In this document: piece by piece, positions 1-11,407 of the stretch
Layout: every line of letters begins with the position of its first letter
How positions within the stretch are numbered: the stretch's first letter is position 1
Assembly: GCF_009914755.1 (NCBI RefSeq)
Contig: NC_060928.1
Length of the DNA stretch: 64,000 bases
Source of the DNA: the human T2T-CHM13v2.0 reference genome, Homo sapiens
Strand: one strand, 5' to 3'
Position numbers and translations under genes: made by a program
Notes under the pieces: model-generated
The model's input: the letters and a program-made list of their open reading frames with translations, nothing else
What the model was told of the DNA's origin: nothing
Database searches by the model: none

Positions 1-933
1 TCAAACTTATATCACCTGCTGTCCAACACATGAAAACAGGGACCTCCTTAACGGTTTCTTATGGAAGAAACTCTAGTATGGCACATACCTAAAAGAGAAA
101 ATACTCTACATGCCCACAATTTTAAAATACCTAAAATATATATAAACTTTGCCTATAAAAATGAATAATAATAATGAAGCAATTATCTAAGAGTAAATTT
201 AACTAGCATATTTTATTCTGAAATTTAAAAATAACTGGATGTCACTTTTTAAATATTTCCACTTCTCTAAACTTCATGGTAATTTTTTCTTTCTTTCCTT
301 CCTTCCTATTTTTCCTGTTTCTTTCTTCTTTTTTTTTTTTTATTGCCTGCCCTGGAAGTCAATTACAATGCTTAGATTAAAAATTAGTATTAGTACTGGA
401 AAGACTAAGTGTTTGAAAATGCCAGGTTAATTATTCTCTAATTTTGTGGAAGTGAACAAAATATTGAATTGTTTGAAGTTATTGACTTTACTATAGCCTT
501 TAAAACCCCATTATTTCTTGCTTTGTTTGGACAGTAGATTTTATTCATCTTGCTTCTGAACATCAGATATAAACCATTATGTGAATAGCATCATTAATTT
601 ATCATTTAAATTATTTTGTTTTTATCTATTCCAGTTAACATTTCACTATTTTAATAGTCTTAGGTTATCTAGTGCTTTTAATCAATGCAATTAGTGCTTA
701 TTTGGGGTTTAAGCTGCATATTATTTTTGTGTATCCTTTTCTTTTTCTGGATTGACATTTACCTTCTAGGATTATGCACATGCAAAACGAGATTTGGTAG
801 TCTGCACAGAGATATGTCCGAACTGATTAGGTTAGGCCCATACAATCTTTTAGAGAAAAACAAGATCTTTAGGATAGCCTAATTAGCACTTGCAATATTA
901 ATAGGGAATTTTTAAAAATTAACGCATACAATA

Positions 934-1085
934 CAGATGCTGCTAGACTTAAAATGGGGCTGCATGCCCATAAACCCATTACAAGTTGAAAATGTCATAA
1001 GTTGAAAATGCATTTAATACTGTGATAAGCCCATCCTAAAGTTGAAAAGTCATTAAGTTGAACCACTGCAGTTAGGAACCACTTG
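934..1085 (+). mobile_element. MER47/Tigger5-type MITE (TcMar-Tigger), short form
   Basis: TA|CAGATGCTGCTAGACTTAAAATGGGG start resembles the MER47 terminus; degenerate inverted end GGAACCACTTG|TA; TA flanks on both sides. Confidence 0.75.
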
Positions 1086-1215
1086 TACTATCAAGTTCTT
1101 TGCTCTTTCTTGATATCTGAGAGTTTAATTTGTGCCATTAAGTCATTCTTTTTATTGAATTGATTGGATAGCTGTCAAATTGCTACCTCATTCAGTGAAA
1201 CAATCATCTGAAATA

Positions 1216-1449
1216 TAGATGCTTTTCAACTTACAATGGGGCTACACCCCAATAACCCCATCAAAAATTGAAAACATTGTAAGTCAAAAGTGTGCTTTGG
1301 ACTTAATGATATAATCAATTTATGATGAGTTTAATCCAGCCACAACCCTGTCTTACACTGAAGAGCATGCTGAGTATGTATAGCTTTCGCACCATCACAG
1401 TCAAAAAATTGTAAGTCAAACCATTATATAATAAGTCAGGGACCGTCTG
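1216..1449 (+). mobile_element. MER47/Tigger5-type MITE, second copy
   Basis: TAGATGCTTTTCAACTTACAATGGGG ... TAAGTCAGGGACCGTCTG|TA; terminal inverted repeats and TA duplication. Confidence 0.8.
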
Positions 1450-2546
1450 TATTCAAATGTGTGAATGAGATAGAAAGAAAGGGATCTGGTGAACTTACAG
1501 TCTGATAATAAAGAATATGTTATGAATAATGTGTTGCTATGCTTATACCACATGACTAGGATTAGGGAGAGTTATGTTTAAAAAGAGTGAGGCTTGTTAT
1601 TTTACTTCTTCCTCTGACTTATATCAGTCAACATTTGTAGAATCCAAAGATTTAACAAACTCTTTGTGTGATGCCATATCTGTACTCTGATTTGGCTGAA
1701 CATAAAAAGAGCTAGTAAAGGAAAGTTGTTTTCTAGTAACAGAAAAATTGTTTTTATTCTTATTCTATTTCTAATCCAGTTACTTCCTTTAAAAAGTGGA
1801 ACCTCTGTTGATTCCCTGGTAGTAAGTACACATGAGTTTCACTTCAAATGTGAAAATTTTAAACAAGAAGTTAATGCATAATCAATGATGATAAATAACT
1901 TTACAAACTTCTTTTTTATTCAAGGTATTGTCATTTGAGTTCTATATGATGATGCACTCAGAGAAATGAATCCAATTAAATATAAAAGGCAATAGTGCAG
2001 TAAAAATACCGGGTATTTCTGGTATTCTATGTATTATTTACTTTTGGTGATCTTACTTCAGAGATTTGGGATTCTATTTCATTTCCTCAGAAAATTTGGT
2101 ATAAACTCATCGCTCTCAACATACTCTGTCTTTTGGAAATATGAATGGATATAGATGAGAGCTAATACCACTAACAGTTCTCATACACATCAATATTCCT
2201 TGACAATCGACAAATCACTTTCTTATATTTTTAATTTTATTTGCTTTGCACAGAAATCCTCTGTGTTGGTAGTCAGAACATTGTAAATTCATTTTATAAG
2301 GAAACTAAAGCTCAGAGAGTACCAATGGTAACTTGAAATTATTTGGAATTAGAACGCAGTACCTCACTCCAAGACCACAGCATTTCCTACCAGTTGGACT
2401 AGTCCAGATCATCACCAGTGGTAGAATAGGTAGATATCATTCTCCTGGTGGAGTAAGCAATCTCTTTGAAAAAACAGTGAAAAGAGCATCAACGTTGGTC
2501 TTAGACAAAGATTTGTATGCAAGCTCCACCAATAAGCTTAATTATA

Positions 2547-2822
2547 TGCCAGGTCTGTCCCACAGACCCTGGCTGAGCAATGGATGAAAGGAATAGTCAG
2601 ACACAGGTATGCAGTGTAAAAGCAGCTAGGAGATTGGCTGGCATTAGTGGCTGAAGAATGAGCCGTCCTGAACAGCTGGACCAGCTGTAATCAAATGTGT
2701 GAACAGCTGGAGCTGCTTGCTTTTATTCAATACAGACATAATGCCGAAAGCCTGGAGCAAACACAATCTGTGGGTAATTAGCATTATTTTTCCCCCTTTT
2801 GGGGAGCAGTCACGCAGTGTGG
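2547..2822 (-). mobile_element. LTR22 partial (original 3' LTR: distal U3-R-U5 only)
   Basis: Aligns to 8341-8583 with about 37 differences in about 240 bp by hand count; AATAAA on the minus strand; abuts the TSD. Confidence 0.88.
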
Positions 2823-3837
2823 GCTAATGGGCCCTGTTCCCAAAGATTAACAGGGATGGGCATGGTTAGAGGTTGTATATTAACAGACGGACCCCTCCCC
2901 TGGAGCATTGCAGCCTTTATGTTTTGCCAGCCAATTGATTCTGGTTGGCTTGTTGTTTGCAAAACTTATCATATTCTGCCCTCCAGATGAGGTATTGACT
3001 GGCCTCCAAAGTTGTTTTAGCTAGCACTGACCAGTCCCATGGGGTTATATGGAAGTTATCTGCTATGGCCTCAATTAATCCTTTCATAAATGGGCTAGCA
3101 GCTCCATTTTCTCTAATGCTTTTCCTTTTCTCTTTAAAAGTGTCGAAAGTATTGGATTCATATACCCGATTGCCTTGTTCGTCTTGCATCACTGGGCAGG
3201 CCAAGAGCTACCCTTCTAATGCCGCTTGCCTAAGACAGGGTCCCATAACTGTTGTGTATCCCTTGTCTTTTTTCCAGTTTACTGGGGGAGGGGGGTCAGG
3301 AAAAACCTCTGTTTCCTTGTTTGTATCTTTACCTGGTAACAGCGGGGCTGAGGGAGGAGGAGGAGGAGGAGGCAGTAAGGTAGGTGATGGTTCCTTCTCC
3401 CTTCCCTGTTTAGGCTCTTCTGAGTCGAGTGGGGCCAAAGCAGCCCTAAGGCCCATAATGTTAAAGATGTTACTGGTACCCATTGCCCTTGTGCATGATA
3501 TTGTTTAAGATTTCTGCCCACTTGTTCCCAGAGCTCTAGGTCTAGCATGCCTTCTTCCAGGAATCATGGGTTATGGGAAACAACAGTTTGCATTAGGTCC
3601 CTTAATTGAGCCTGGGAAACCCAGGCTTCACTAGCTTTAAGCAGCTGTTTCAATACTTTTATATTTGCTGTTGAGCTGATAACTGTTGTCCCATGATGAA
3701 ACCCTAGCTTGAAAATTCCCTCAAACTTGGAAATCCCAAGCAGGCACCCATTACTTATTGACTGGGCAGTCACTTTACCTTTGTTCTCAAGGGTTCTGTC
3801 GCAATCTGTTGCTGAGTTCCTCATAGGGGACACCAGC
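2820..3837 (-). pseudogene. gag: Duplicated HML-5 PBS-leader-gag(partial)-protease C-terminus
   Basis: Near-identical to 7319-8340; ORFs 2917-3204 and 3208-3483 match 7416-7703 and 7707-8051; PBS at 3818-3835. Confidence 0.9.
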
Positions 3838-4297
3838 TGCTGGGTTCATGCTGCAGACCCTGGCTGAGTGACTGATGAAAAGAGTACTCAGACACAGGTA
3901 TGCAGTGTAAGAGAAGCTAGGGGACTGTCCAGCACTAGTGGCTGAAGAATGAGCAGTCCCAAACAGCTGGGGCTGCTTGCTTTTATTCAATAGAGACATA
4001 ATGCTGAAAGCCTGGAGTAAACACAATCTGCGGGTAATTAGCATCATTCCACCTTTCAGGGAGCAGTCAGGCAGCATGGATGATCAAAGGTCAGCTCCTG
4101 GTCAACATAAGTAAACAAACCTGTTTAAGATAAATTCCCCTACCCTTCCTTGAACCCACTCCTTGCCCTCTGCCTCAGGGTTGGAGAACAGCTGCCTTCA
4201 GCTTATTCTCCCTCAAAGCTGTGCAGAGTCTTGTAACCTTTCAGAAGGTCTGCTCTTTCCCTATAGTTTCTCTCACCACTCTCACCAGTCTCCTACA
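3838..4297 (-). mobile_element. LTR22, internal (chimeric) LTR
   Basis: 460 bp, TG..CA; preceded on the minus strand by PPT AAAAGGGGGAGA (4298-4309) and followed by a PBS. Confidence 0.92.
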
Positions 4298-4309
4298 TCT
4301 CCCCCTTTT

Positions 4310-4950
4310 CTGTTTTTTGCATCAGGTTTTGTTGATTGAAGAGTAAAGATGTGTGCAGAGACAGGTTTGACAGGTGCAGTGGTTACAGCTCGTGTTCCAG
4401 CTTGGCATCCTAGAATTAGTAAATAACATAAGACAAACATGAGTATGATCAGTAATATTATTTTCCAATCAAGGAGTAATATGTAGTGTTACTTGGCACC
4501 TCAGTCCAATGTGTGCCATTCCTGAAGGACCCCCACTGGGGATATGTCGATCCTTCCTAGCCAATCAGTCACATTGTTAGAGGCTAGGAAGGGGGTGCCT
4601 GCCCAAGTAACAGGGTGGAAGAAAGGGGGATCTAGAAGATGGGCCCAATAGAGGGTAGCAGGTGTGAGTTGCAGGCAAAGTGAGAGAATAAGAAAGGTTA
4701 ATACCCTATGAAAGTTGCAATGTACAACAGAAAGCATAGAAAGGAACAAATTATCTGGAGTGAATGGTGTCTGTGTCCAGAGTAGGATTCACTCAGCCTC
4801 CTGAGTTGTCTTCTTCAGCACCGTGTCCAGGGCCTGTGTTGTCCGAGGAAGCTGCATCATCTGGGGTGGTGGGTCCTGCAGGGTTATTTCCTTTATTTTT
4901 GGTACTGGGTTGAGTCCCAGCCACATCGTGGTATGGTTTGATGCATTGAG
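4310..4950 (-). pseudogene. env: HML-5 env remnant: signal peptide/SU N-terminus joined to TM anchor and cytoplasmic tail
   Basis: ORF 4501-4749 (YWAHLLDPPFFHPVTW) is followed after a junction near 4473 by LDWKIILLIILMFVLCYLLILG...KNRKGGD running into the PPT. Confidence 0.82.
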
Positions 4951-7284
4951 CTGGAATCCAAAGAGGATCTGAGGGGGTGTGAATACAAGCATATCCTCTT
5001 CCCCACATTAGCAAATCATTTGGACCACACCATAGATTACTATTTACATCTTTCCGTAACACCAAAGGTTTTATATCGTGAGTGATTTTAGCAAAGTGCT
5101 AAAATGGAATGTTGGACATCCCATGTGTGACAAAATTGTGAAAATGTTGAGCTGGTATAACCCAGACTGTTATCAGTTCTAATTTTTGTGGGCCGCCCCA
5201 TAAACGCAAAAGTTAAGAGAAGATGTTTAATGACATATTGGGTGGACTGTCCAGGAAGAGCATGAGTGCTAATTAGGTGGGAATTGGTATCAATGGATAC
5301 ATGAACATATCTTAGTTTTCCAAATTCAGGGACGTATGTAACATCTGTTTGCCATAACTGATTAGGTTCTAGTCCCTTAGGGTTAACACCTGTTGAGGAA
5401 GGGGACGTGCCTGTGAGCTAGTAATCTGGGCATTGTAAAATAATTTGTTTAGCTAGTCTTTGGGTTAACTGAAATTGTTTAGATAAATTTCTCCAATTTT
5501 GGTGGAAAAATTGATGTGATTGGGTGGCTTGGTCAAGCAGTGATGTTATAACTTGCAGATCTGCTTCATCATTGCCATAAGCCAATGGGCCAGGCAGTGA
5601 GCTGTAGGCCCAAATGTGTGTGATACAAACAGGATTTGTTCGTTGATCCAGCAATTGCTGAAGTCAAAGAAAAAGTGCACACAGGGTGGGCTCAAGAGTG
5701 GACTTAATGAGGGCTGTTCCAAGGTTCTGCAATAAATAAATGGAGTAATCAGAGTTATTAACAATATTGATGGGCTGAAAGGGAAAGGTTTCCAGGGCTA
5801 ATATTAGGGCTCCAACCTCAGCTCTCTGAGTGCTAGTAAATCCAGATCGGCTGAGGGAGTTAGTTACGCAGTTTCCACCAGATAGCTGCTTTTCCATTTT
5901 TACCAGAGCCATCAGTGAAAATCATTAAAGCGTTAGATATGGGGGAGTAAACTACCTTTGTAGGCATTACTACAGCAGTATGAGATAAGAACTAAAGTAA
6001 TTTGTCAGTGGGAAGGCCATGTTCTATATGGCCCACATAATAAGAGCACTTTCTGAAGGTCAAGAGATAGGGGCAGGACTGCTTCGAATTGTTTTTTACT
6101 TAAGGGTATTTTTATGACATGAAGGTCATAACCTTGCAATTGATTGCATCATTTGCAGCCTATATAGATGACTTTACTAACTAGCTGGACATAGGGAGAT
6201 AGTGTTTTAGTCCCAGTGTGTGTGCAAAGAGCCCATTCTAGGAAGTGCAGCCCTGGGGCCGTCTGTCCTATTAACTTTATTGGGGAATATTTAGTAGGAA
6301 AAACAAACAATTGGACTGAATATTGTGGGTCTATGCAATCTAGTTTCCTCTAAGAAATAGCTTGCTCTATTTCCTCAATTTTCCTTTTTGCAGCAGGGGG
6401 TAAACACCTGGGGGAGTCTAGGGCTGCATTGACCTTTAGGATAGAAGACAGGTTCTGTAATTTATTAGTAGTTATACTCAAGGTGGGGCAAAGGCAGTTA
6501 ATATCACCCAGTAATTTTTGATAATTATTTAAGGTGTGTAAATTGTCAGTGTTCAGTTTAATCTTTTGAGGTCTTATTGACCTGGATGGTAGTACGTATC
6601 CAAGATATTTCCAAGGAGAGGACATCTGTTCTTTATCAGGTGCTATCATTAAACCTCTTAACTGTGTATTCCTTTTGACAGAGGCATATAAATTTAAAAG
6701 TATTGGCTCCACTGGGATTGCAAGTAAGATGTCATCCATATAATGGATGATCTTTCAATCAGGAAATTCTTTTCTACTGGGAAGCAAAGCCTGATTACAT
6801 GATACTGACACATGATAGGACTGTTCAGCATTCCTTGAGAAAGTACGTTCCAATGAAATCGGCAAGCTGGCCTTTCATTATTGATAGCTGGTTTTGGAAA
6901 CACAAATTTTTCTCTGTCCTGTTTTGCAAGGGGAATAGTAGAAAAACAGTTTTTTTAAGTCAATAATGACTATAGGCTAATCTTGAGGAATTGCCACAGG
7001 GGAAGGGTGCCCCTGTTGAAGGGGCCCCATAGGTTGCAAATTAGCATTGTTAGCATGTAAGTCTTGCAAAAGTCTCCATTTACCAGAGTTTTTGGGAATG
7101 ACAAAAATGGGTGAATTCTAAGGGCTGTTTGATGGTTCTATATGGCCAGCTTTTAATTGTTCCTCAACTAATTCATGGGCTTGTTGTAATTTCTCTCCCT
7201 TTAATAGCCACTGTTCTACCCAAACTGGATTTTAAGAGAGCCATGTTAGGGGTAGGGGAGTAATTACAACCGTGGCCATTATTA
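4800..7284 (-). pseudogene. pol: HML-5 pol remnant (RT, RNase H, integrase), disrupted
   Basis: PVWVEQW and [20 protein letters not shown]; QGMLNSP; YMDD at 6742-6731; RNase H FTDGS near 5915; integrase HQFFH...C zinc finger, WQTDVT and C-terminal WCGP..WGRGYAC; multiple stops and frameshifts. Confidence 0.93.
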
Positions 7285-7291
7285 GAAAGGG
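7285..7291 (-). other. pro-pol -1 frameshift slippery site C CCU UUC
   Basis: X XXY YYZ heptamer immediately before the pro stop (TAA TAA) and the start of the RT frame. Confidence 0.55.
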
Positions 7292-8197
7292 GTCTGCAGA
7301 GTCACCCCCCAACCCCATTGGGCTAATAGGTCCTGTTCCCAAAGATTAACAGGGATGGGCATGATTAGAGGTTGTATATTAACAGATGGACCCCTCCCCT
7401 GAAGCATTGCAGCCTTTATGTTTTGCCAGCCAATTGATTCTGGTTGGCTTGTTGTTTGCAAAACTTATCATATTCTGCCCTCCAGATGAGGTATTGACTG
7501 GCCTCCAAAGTTGTTTTAGCTAGCACTGACCAGTCCCATGGGGTTATATGGAAGTTATCTGCTATGGCCTCAATTAATCCTTTCATAAATGGGCTAGCAG
7601 CTCCATTTTCTCTAATGCTTTTCCTTTTCTCTTTAAAAGTGTGGAAAGTAATGGGTTCATATACCCAATTGCCTTGTTCGTCTTGCATCACTGGGCAGGC
7701 CAAGAGCTACCCTTCTAATGCCGCTTGCCTAAGACAGGGTCCCATAACTGTTGTGTATCCCTTGTCTTTTTTCCAGTTTACTGGGGGAGGGGGGTCAGGA
7801 AAAACCTCTGTTTCCTTGTTTGTATCTTTACCTGGTAACAGCGGGGCTGAGGGAGGAGGAGGAGGAGGAGGCAGTAAGGTAGGTGATGGTTCCTCCTCCC
7901 TTCCCTGTTTAGGCTCTTCTGTGTCGAGTGGGGCCAAAGCAGCCCTAACTAAGGCCCATAATGTTAGAGATGTTACTGGTACCCATTGCCCTTGTGCATG
8001 ATATTGTTTAAGATTTCTGCCCACTTGTTCCCAGAGCTCTAGGTCTAGCATGCCTTCTTCCAGGAATCATGGGTTATGGGAAACAACAGTTTGCATTAGG
8101 TCCCTTAATTGAGCCTGGGAAACCCAGGCTTCACTAGCTTTAAGCAGCTATTTCAATACTTTTATATTTGCTGTTGAGCTGATAACTGTTGTCCCAT
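7292..8197 (-). pseudogene. gag: HML-5 gag N-terminal half fused by deletion to the protease C-terminus
   Basis: ATG GGA CAA (MGQQLS) at 8197; matrix WEQVGRNLK; PPPPPPPSAP late-domain motif; capsid start PVMQD..TPWDW; then PIPVNLWEQDLLAQWG (protease GRDLL-like region). Confidence 0.88.
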
Positions 8198-8320
8198 GAT
8201 GAAACCCTAGCTTGAAAATTCCCTCAAACTTGGAAATCCCAAGCAGGCACCCATTACTTACTGACTGGGCAGTCACTTTACCTTTGTTCTCAAGGGTTCT
8301 GTCACAATCTGTTGCTGAGT

Positions 8321-8338
8321 TCCTCATAGGGGACACCA
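8321..8338 (-). promoter_or_regulatory. Primer-binding site, tRNA-Met-like
   Basis: TGGTGTCCCCTATGAGGA, 2 nt after the LTR; resembles the complement of the elongator tRNA-Met 3' end (TGGTGCCCCGTGTGAGGA), as described for HML-5. Confidence 0.75.
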
Positions 8339-8340
8339 GC

Positions 8341-8802
8341 TGCTGGGTTCATGCTGCAGACCCTGGCTGAGTGACTGATGAAAGGAGTACTCAGACACAG
8401 GTATGCAGTGTAAGAGAAGCTAGGGGACTGTCCAGCACTAGTGGCTGAAGAATGAGCAGTCCCAAACAGCTGGGGCTGCTTGCTTTTATTCAATAGAGAC
8501 ATAATGCTGAAAGCCTGGAGTAAACACAATCTGCGGGTAATTAGCATTATTCCCCCCTTTCAGGGAGCAGTCAGGCAGCATGGATGATCAAAGGTCAGCT
8601 CCTGGTCAACATAAGTAAACAAACCTGTTTAAGATAAATTCCCCTACCCTTCCTTGAACCCACTCCTTGCCCTCTGCCTCAGGGTTGGAGAACAGCTGCC
8701 TTCAGCTTATTTTCCCCCAAAGCTGTGCAGAGTCTTGTAACCTTTCAGAAGGCCTGCTCCTTTCCCTATAGTTTCTCCCACCACTCTGACGCATCTCCTG
8801 CA
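8341..8802 (-). mobile_element. LTR22, 5' LTR
   Basis: 462 bp, TGCAGGAGATGCGTCAGAGTGGTGGGAG...CCCAGCA, with an AATAAA signal. Confidence 0.92.
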
Positions 8803-9164
8803 ATTATATATAAAATAGGTTTAATGATAACAGGTTAATGGAATAATTTCTTCAAAGCACCTAGCTAAGTACAAAAAAATCAATTCAAAACACTTACATT
8901 TAATATAACTTATGGATTTTTTTTGAATACATCATTTTTCTCAATCACAACTCATTTATGAAAAGTGAGTTAAATCTTTGGATTCTACAGATGTTGATGG
9001 ATGTCATAAGTCAAAGGAAGAAGTAAAATAACAAGCCTTACCATTTCTCAAATGCAACTCTTCCTAGTCTGCAGTCATGTGGTATAAGCATAGTAATATT
9101 GTTTATATCATATTCTTTATTATTTGGTTAATTCCAGTAATTTGACTAACATTAATAATAAATT

Positions 9165-9285
9165 CACTCATTTATTCATTCAAGGAAATTTTTATTGATC
9201 TGGACACTGTTCTAAGTGTTTAGGTTAAGGTAACAAAAACATAGACAAAAATATTTGCCCTCATGGAGCGCAATTTTAGTGGGAT
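9165..9285 (-). mobile_element. L2 3' end fragment
   Basis: CATTTATTCATTCAA...TGTTCTAAGTG...TGCCCTCATGGAGC, typical of an L2 terminus. Confidence 0.55.
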
Positions 9286-10115
9286 AGAATGGGTAATAAT
9301 TGTATTTTAATAAACAATTATATGTTAGGTAATTGTTTATTGCTTTCTAATACAAAAGTTTCAGTGGAATCTCTTAATTACACCTATAGAAACTGGAGGC
9401 ACCCATTTCCTTCTCAATTGTGTGTACCACAACTTTCCTGGTATTCACAGTCATCTAGTAGATACAATCATATAAATTTTTAAAAAAATTTTACTGTATG
9501 TGTTTGAGGGATATAACATAATGTTATAAGATAAATATACACTGTTTTTTAATTCTAAGGATAAAGAAGTCACTGTTGCCCTAGGAAATTGTTTTATAGT
9601 GAGCAGCCCATACCAAAACAATTTGTTTTTTCAAGTTTTATGCCATTCTTATTGCAAAGTCACTGAATACCACAGATAATTAGATCTGTGATTATGCTGT
9701 ATTCATTTTTACCCTTCTAGTCAATCAACAATATTTCTAACTTAACCACAAAAATAAAAAATGGAAGAGCTATGGGAAAAAAAGCCAAACAACAACAGCA
9801 ACAACAGAAAACAAACCAATCCTATATTTAACAGCATAAAGAAGAACAGGGAATAACTATGAAAAGTATATAAATATTAGATGAAGCAAGTTTTTGAGGG
9901 GAGTGGTGTGCTAAAAGAGAAAACATAGCAATGACCATTTTTCTTTATTGCTTTTTTTCTCTACTTCATCTCTTATGTTGCCTTCATGATGTTTTACCTA
10001 AGATGTGTACAATGCTTAAAATTTAATTTTTTCAAAGGAATGTTTATCTAAAGAAGAAGGGTTGTTATTATCATATATACATGTAATTCTTACTAAGAGG
10101 ATTAATTATTTATAA

Positions 10116-10455
<340 letters not shown>

Positions 10456-10774
10456 CAGACTTTTAATTGTCAACTCATCTTTTGGGTTATTCTTAAATTT
10501 ACTATAAGGTTGTCAAATTTCAATTAAGTTGACTAGCATTTAAATAAAATCCTCAATGGACTAGCCAAATAACTTCCAAGACTGTACAGATATTTAATAG
10601 TAATATCTCTATTTTGATTCTGTAGCTATTGTGGTTTAAATATTCTTTGCTCAGTAACCTGGACTGACTAGATTCATTAGTTAAAGAGATTTTTTCCCAA
10701 ATTTTTTTGGGGAAAGGGATCAATGTCAGTGCAAATAGTCAGTAGATCCATATGCATACTAATAAAAAACATTA

Positions 10775-10980
10775 ATTAACATGTAGCGAGAGCTCAACTT
10801 GTACTATATACATTATGCTAAAATCTTTACATGAATTTTTCATTTAATCTTTACAACAAACAATAAAATATATCATCTTTTTTTTACAGATAAGAAAACT
10901 GAGTTTTAGAAAGTTTTCTAGTAAGTTGAGTCTGAATTTAATAAGTTGAGCATTTTGATCTGGAGCCCATTCCTAATAGG
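10775..10980 (-). mobile_element. MIR
   Basis: CATTTAATCTTTACAAC...TTTTACAGATAAGAAAACTGAG core. Confidence 0.65.
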
Positions 10981-11261
10981 ATAGATAGTGCTCTACTATC
11001 CACAAGTCTACTATCAACAGGTAAATAATGGCTGTAAATGGAATATGTTTTCCAAGCCACTGTTTGAAAATTATATTTAGGTGTCTTCTGATTAATAAAA
11101 TGAAAATTCTTTTAAAAGACTTTCATTAAAAGTAGTTATGGAGGAAAGTAATAAATTTTTTGATAGCAAAAAAGGATATGTATACTTGAAAAAGCTGGAA
11201 GTCACAAAAGTAGAAGTTGGAAAGATTGACTTTTGGGGTCACTATCTCAGAACTTAAGCCT

Positions 11262-11407
11262 GGCCAGGCATGGTGGCTCACGCCTATAATCCCAGCACTT
11301 TAGGAGGCTGAGGCGGGTGGATCACGAGGTCAGGAGATCAAGACCATCCTGGCTAACATGGTGAAACCCCGTCTCCACTAAAAAAAAAAAAAAAAAAAAA
11401 AAAATTA
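11262..11407 (+). mobile_element. Alu left arm only (AluY/AluSc-like) with perfect TSD
   Basis: GGCCAGGC...GATCACGAGGTCAGGAGATC..CTGGCTAAC, A-run, then TTA; 14-bp TSD CAGAACTTAAGCCT at 11248-11261 and 11408-11421. Confidence 0.93.

Larger units (their letters stand above)
2547..8802 (-). mobile_element. HERV-K(HML-5)/HERVK22 defective provirus with three LTR22 copies
   Basis: TG...CA termini with 6-bp TSD ATTATA (2541-2546 and 8803-8808); LTR22-like sequence; Met-tRNA-like PBS; betaretroviral gag, pro, pol and env remnants. Confidence 0.92.

Noticed and set aside
3065-8001. Duplicated plus-strand Gly-rich ORFs (3065-3508 and 7564-8001) as a possible antisense protein
   Set aside because: They are the antisense shadow of the Pro-rich gag region and diverge by frameshift at the C-terminus; there is no evidence of selection
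4310-8197. Functional or domesticated HML-5 Gag, Pol or Env
   Set aside because: gag is disrupted about 11 codons after the ATG, pol has many stops and frameshifts, and the env SU and TM pieces are out of frame
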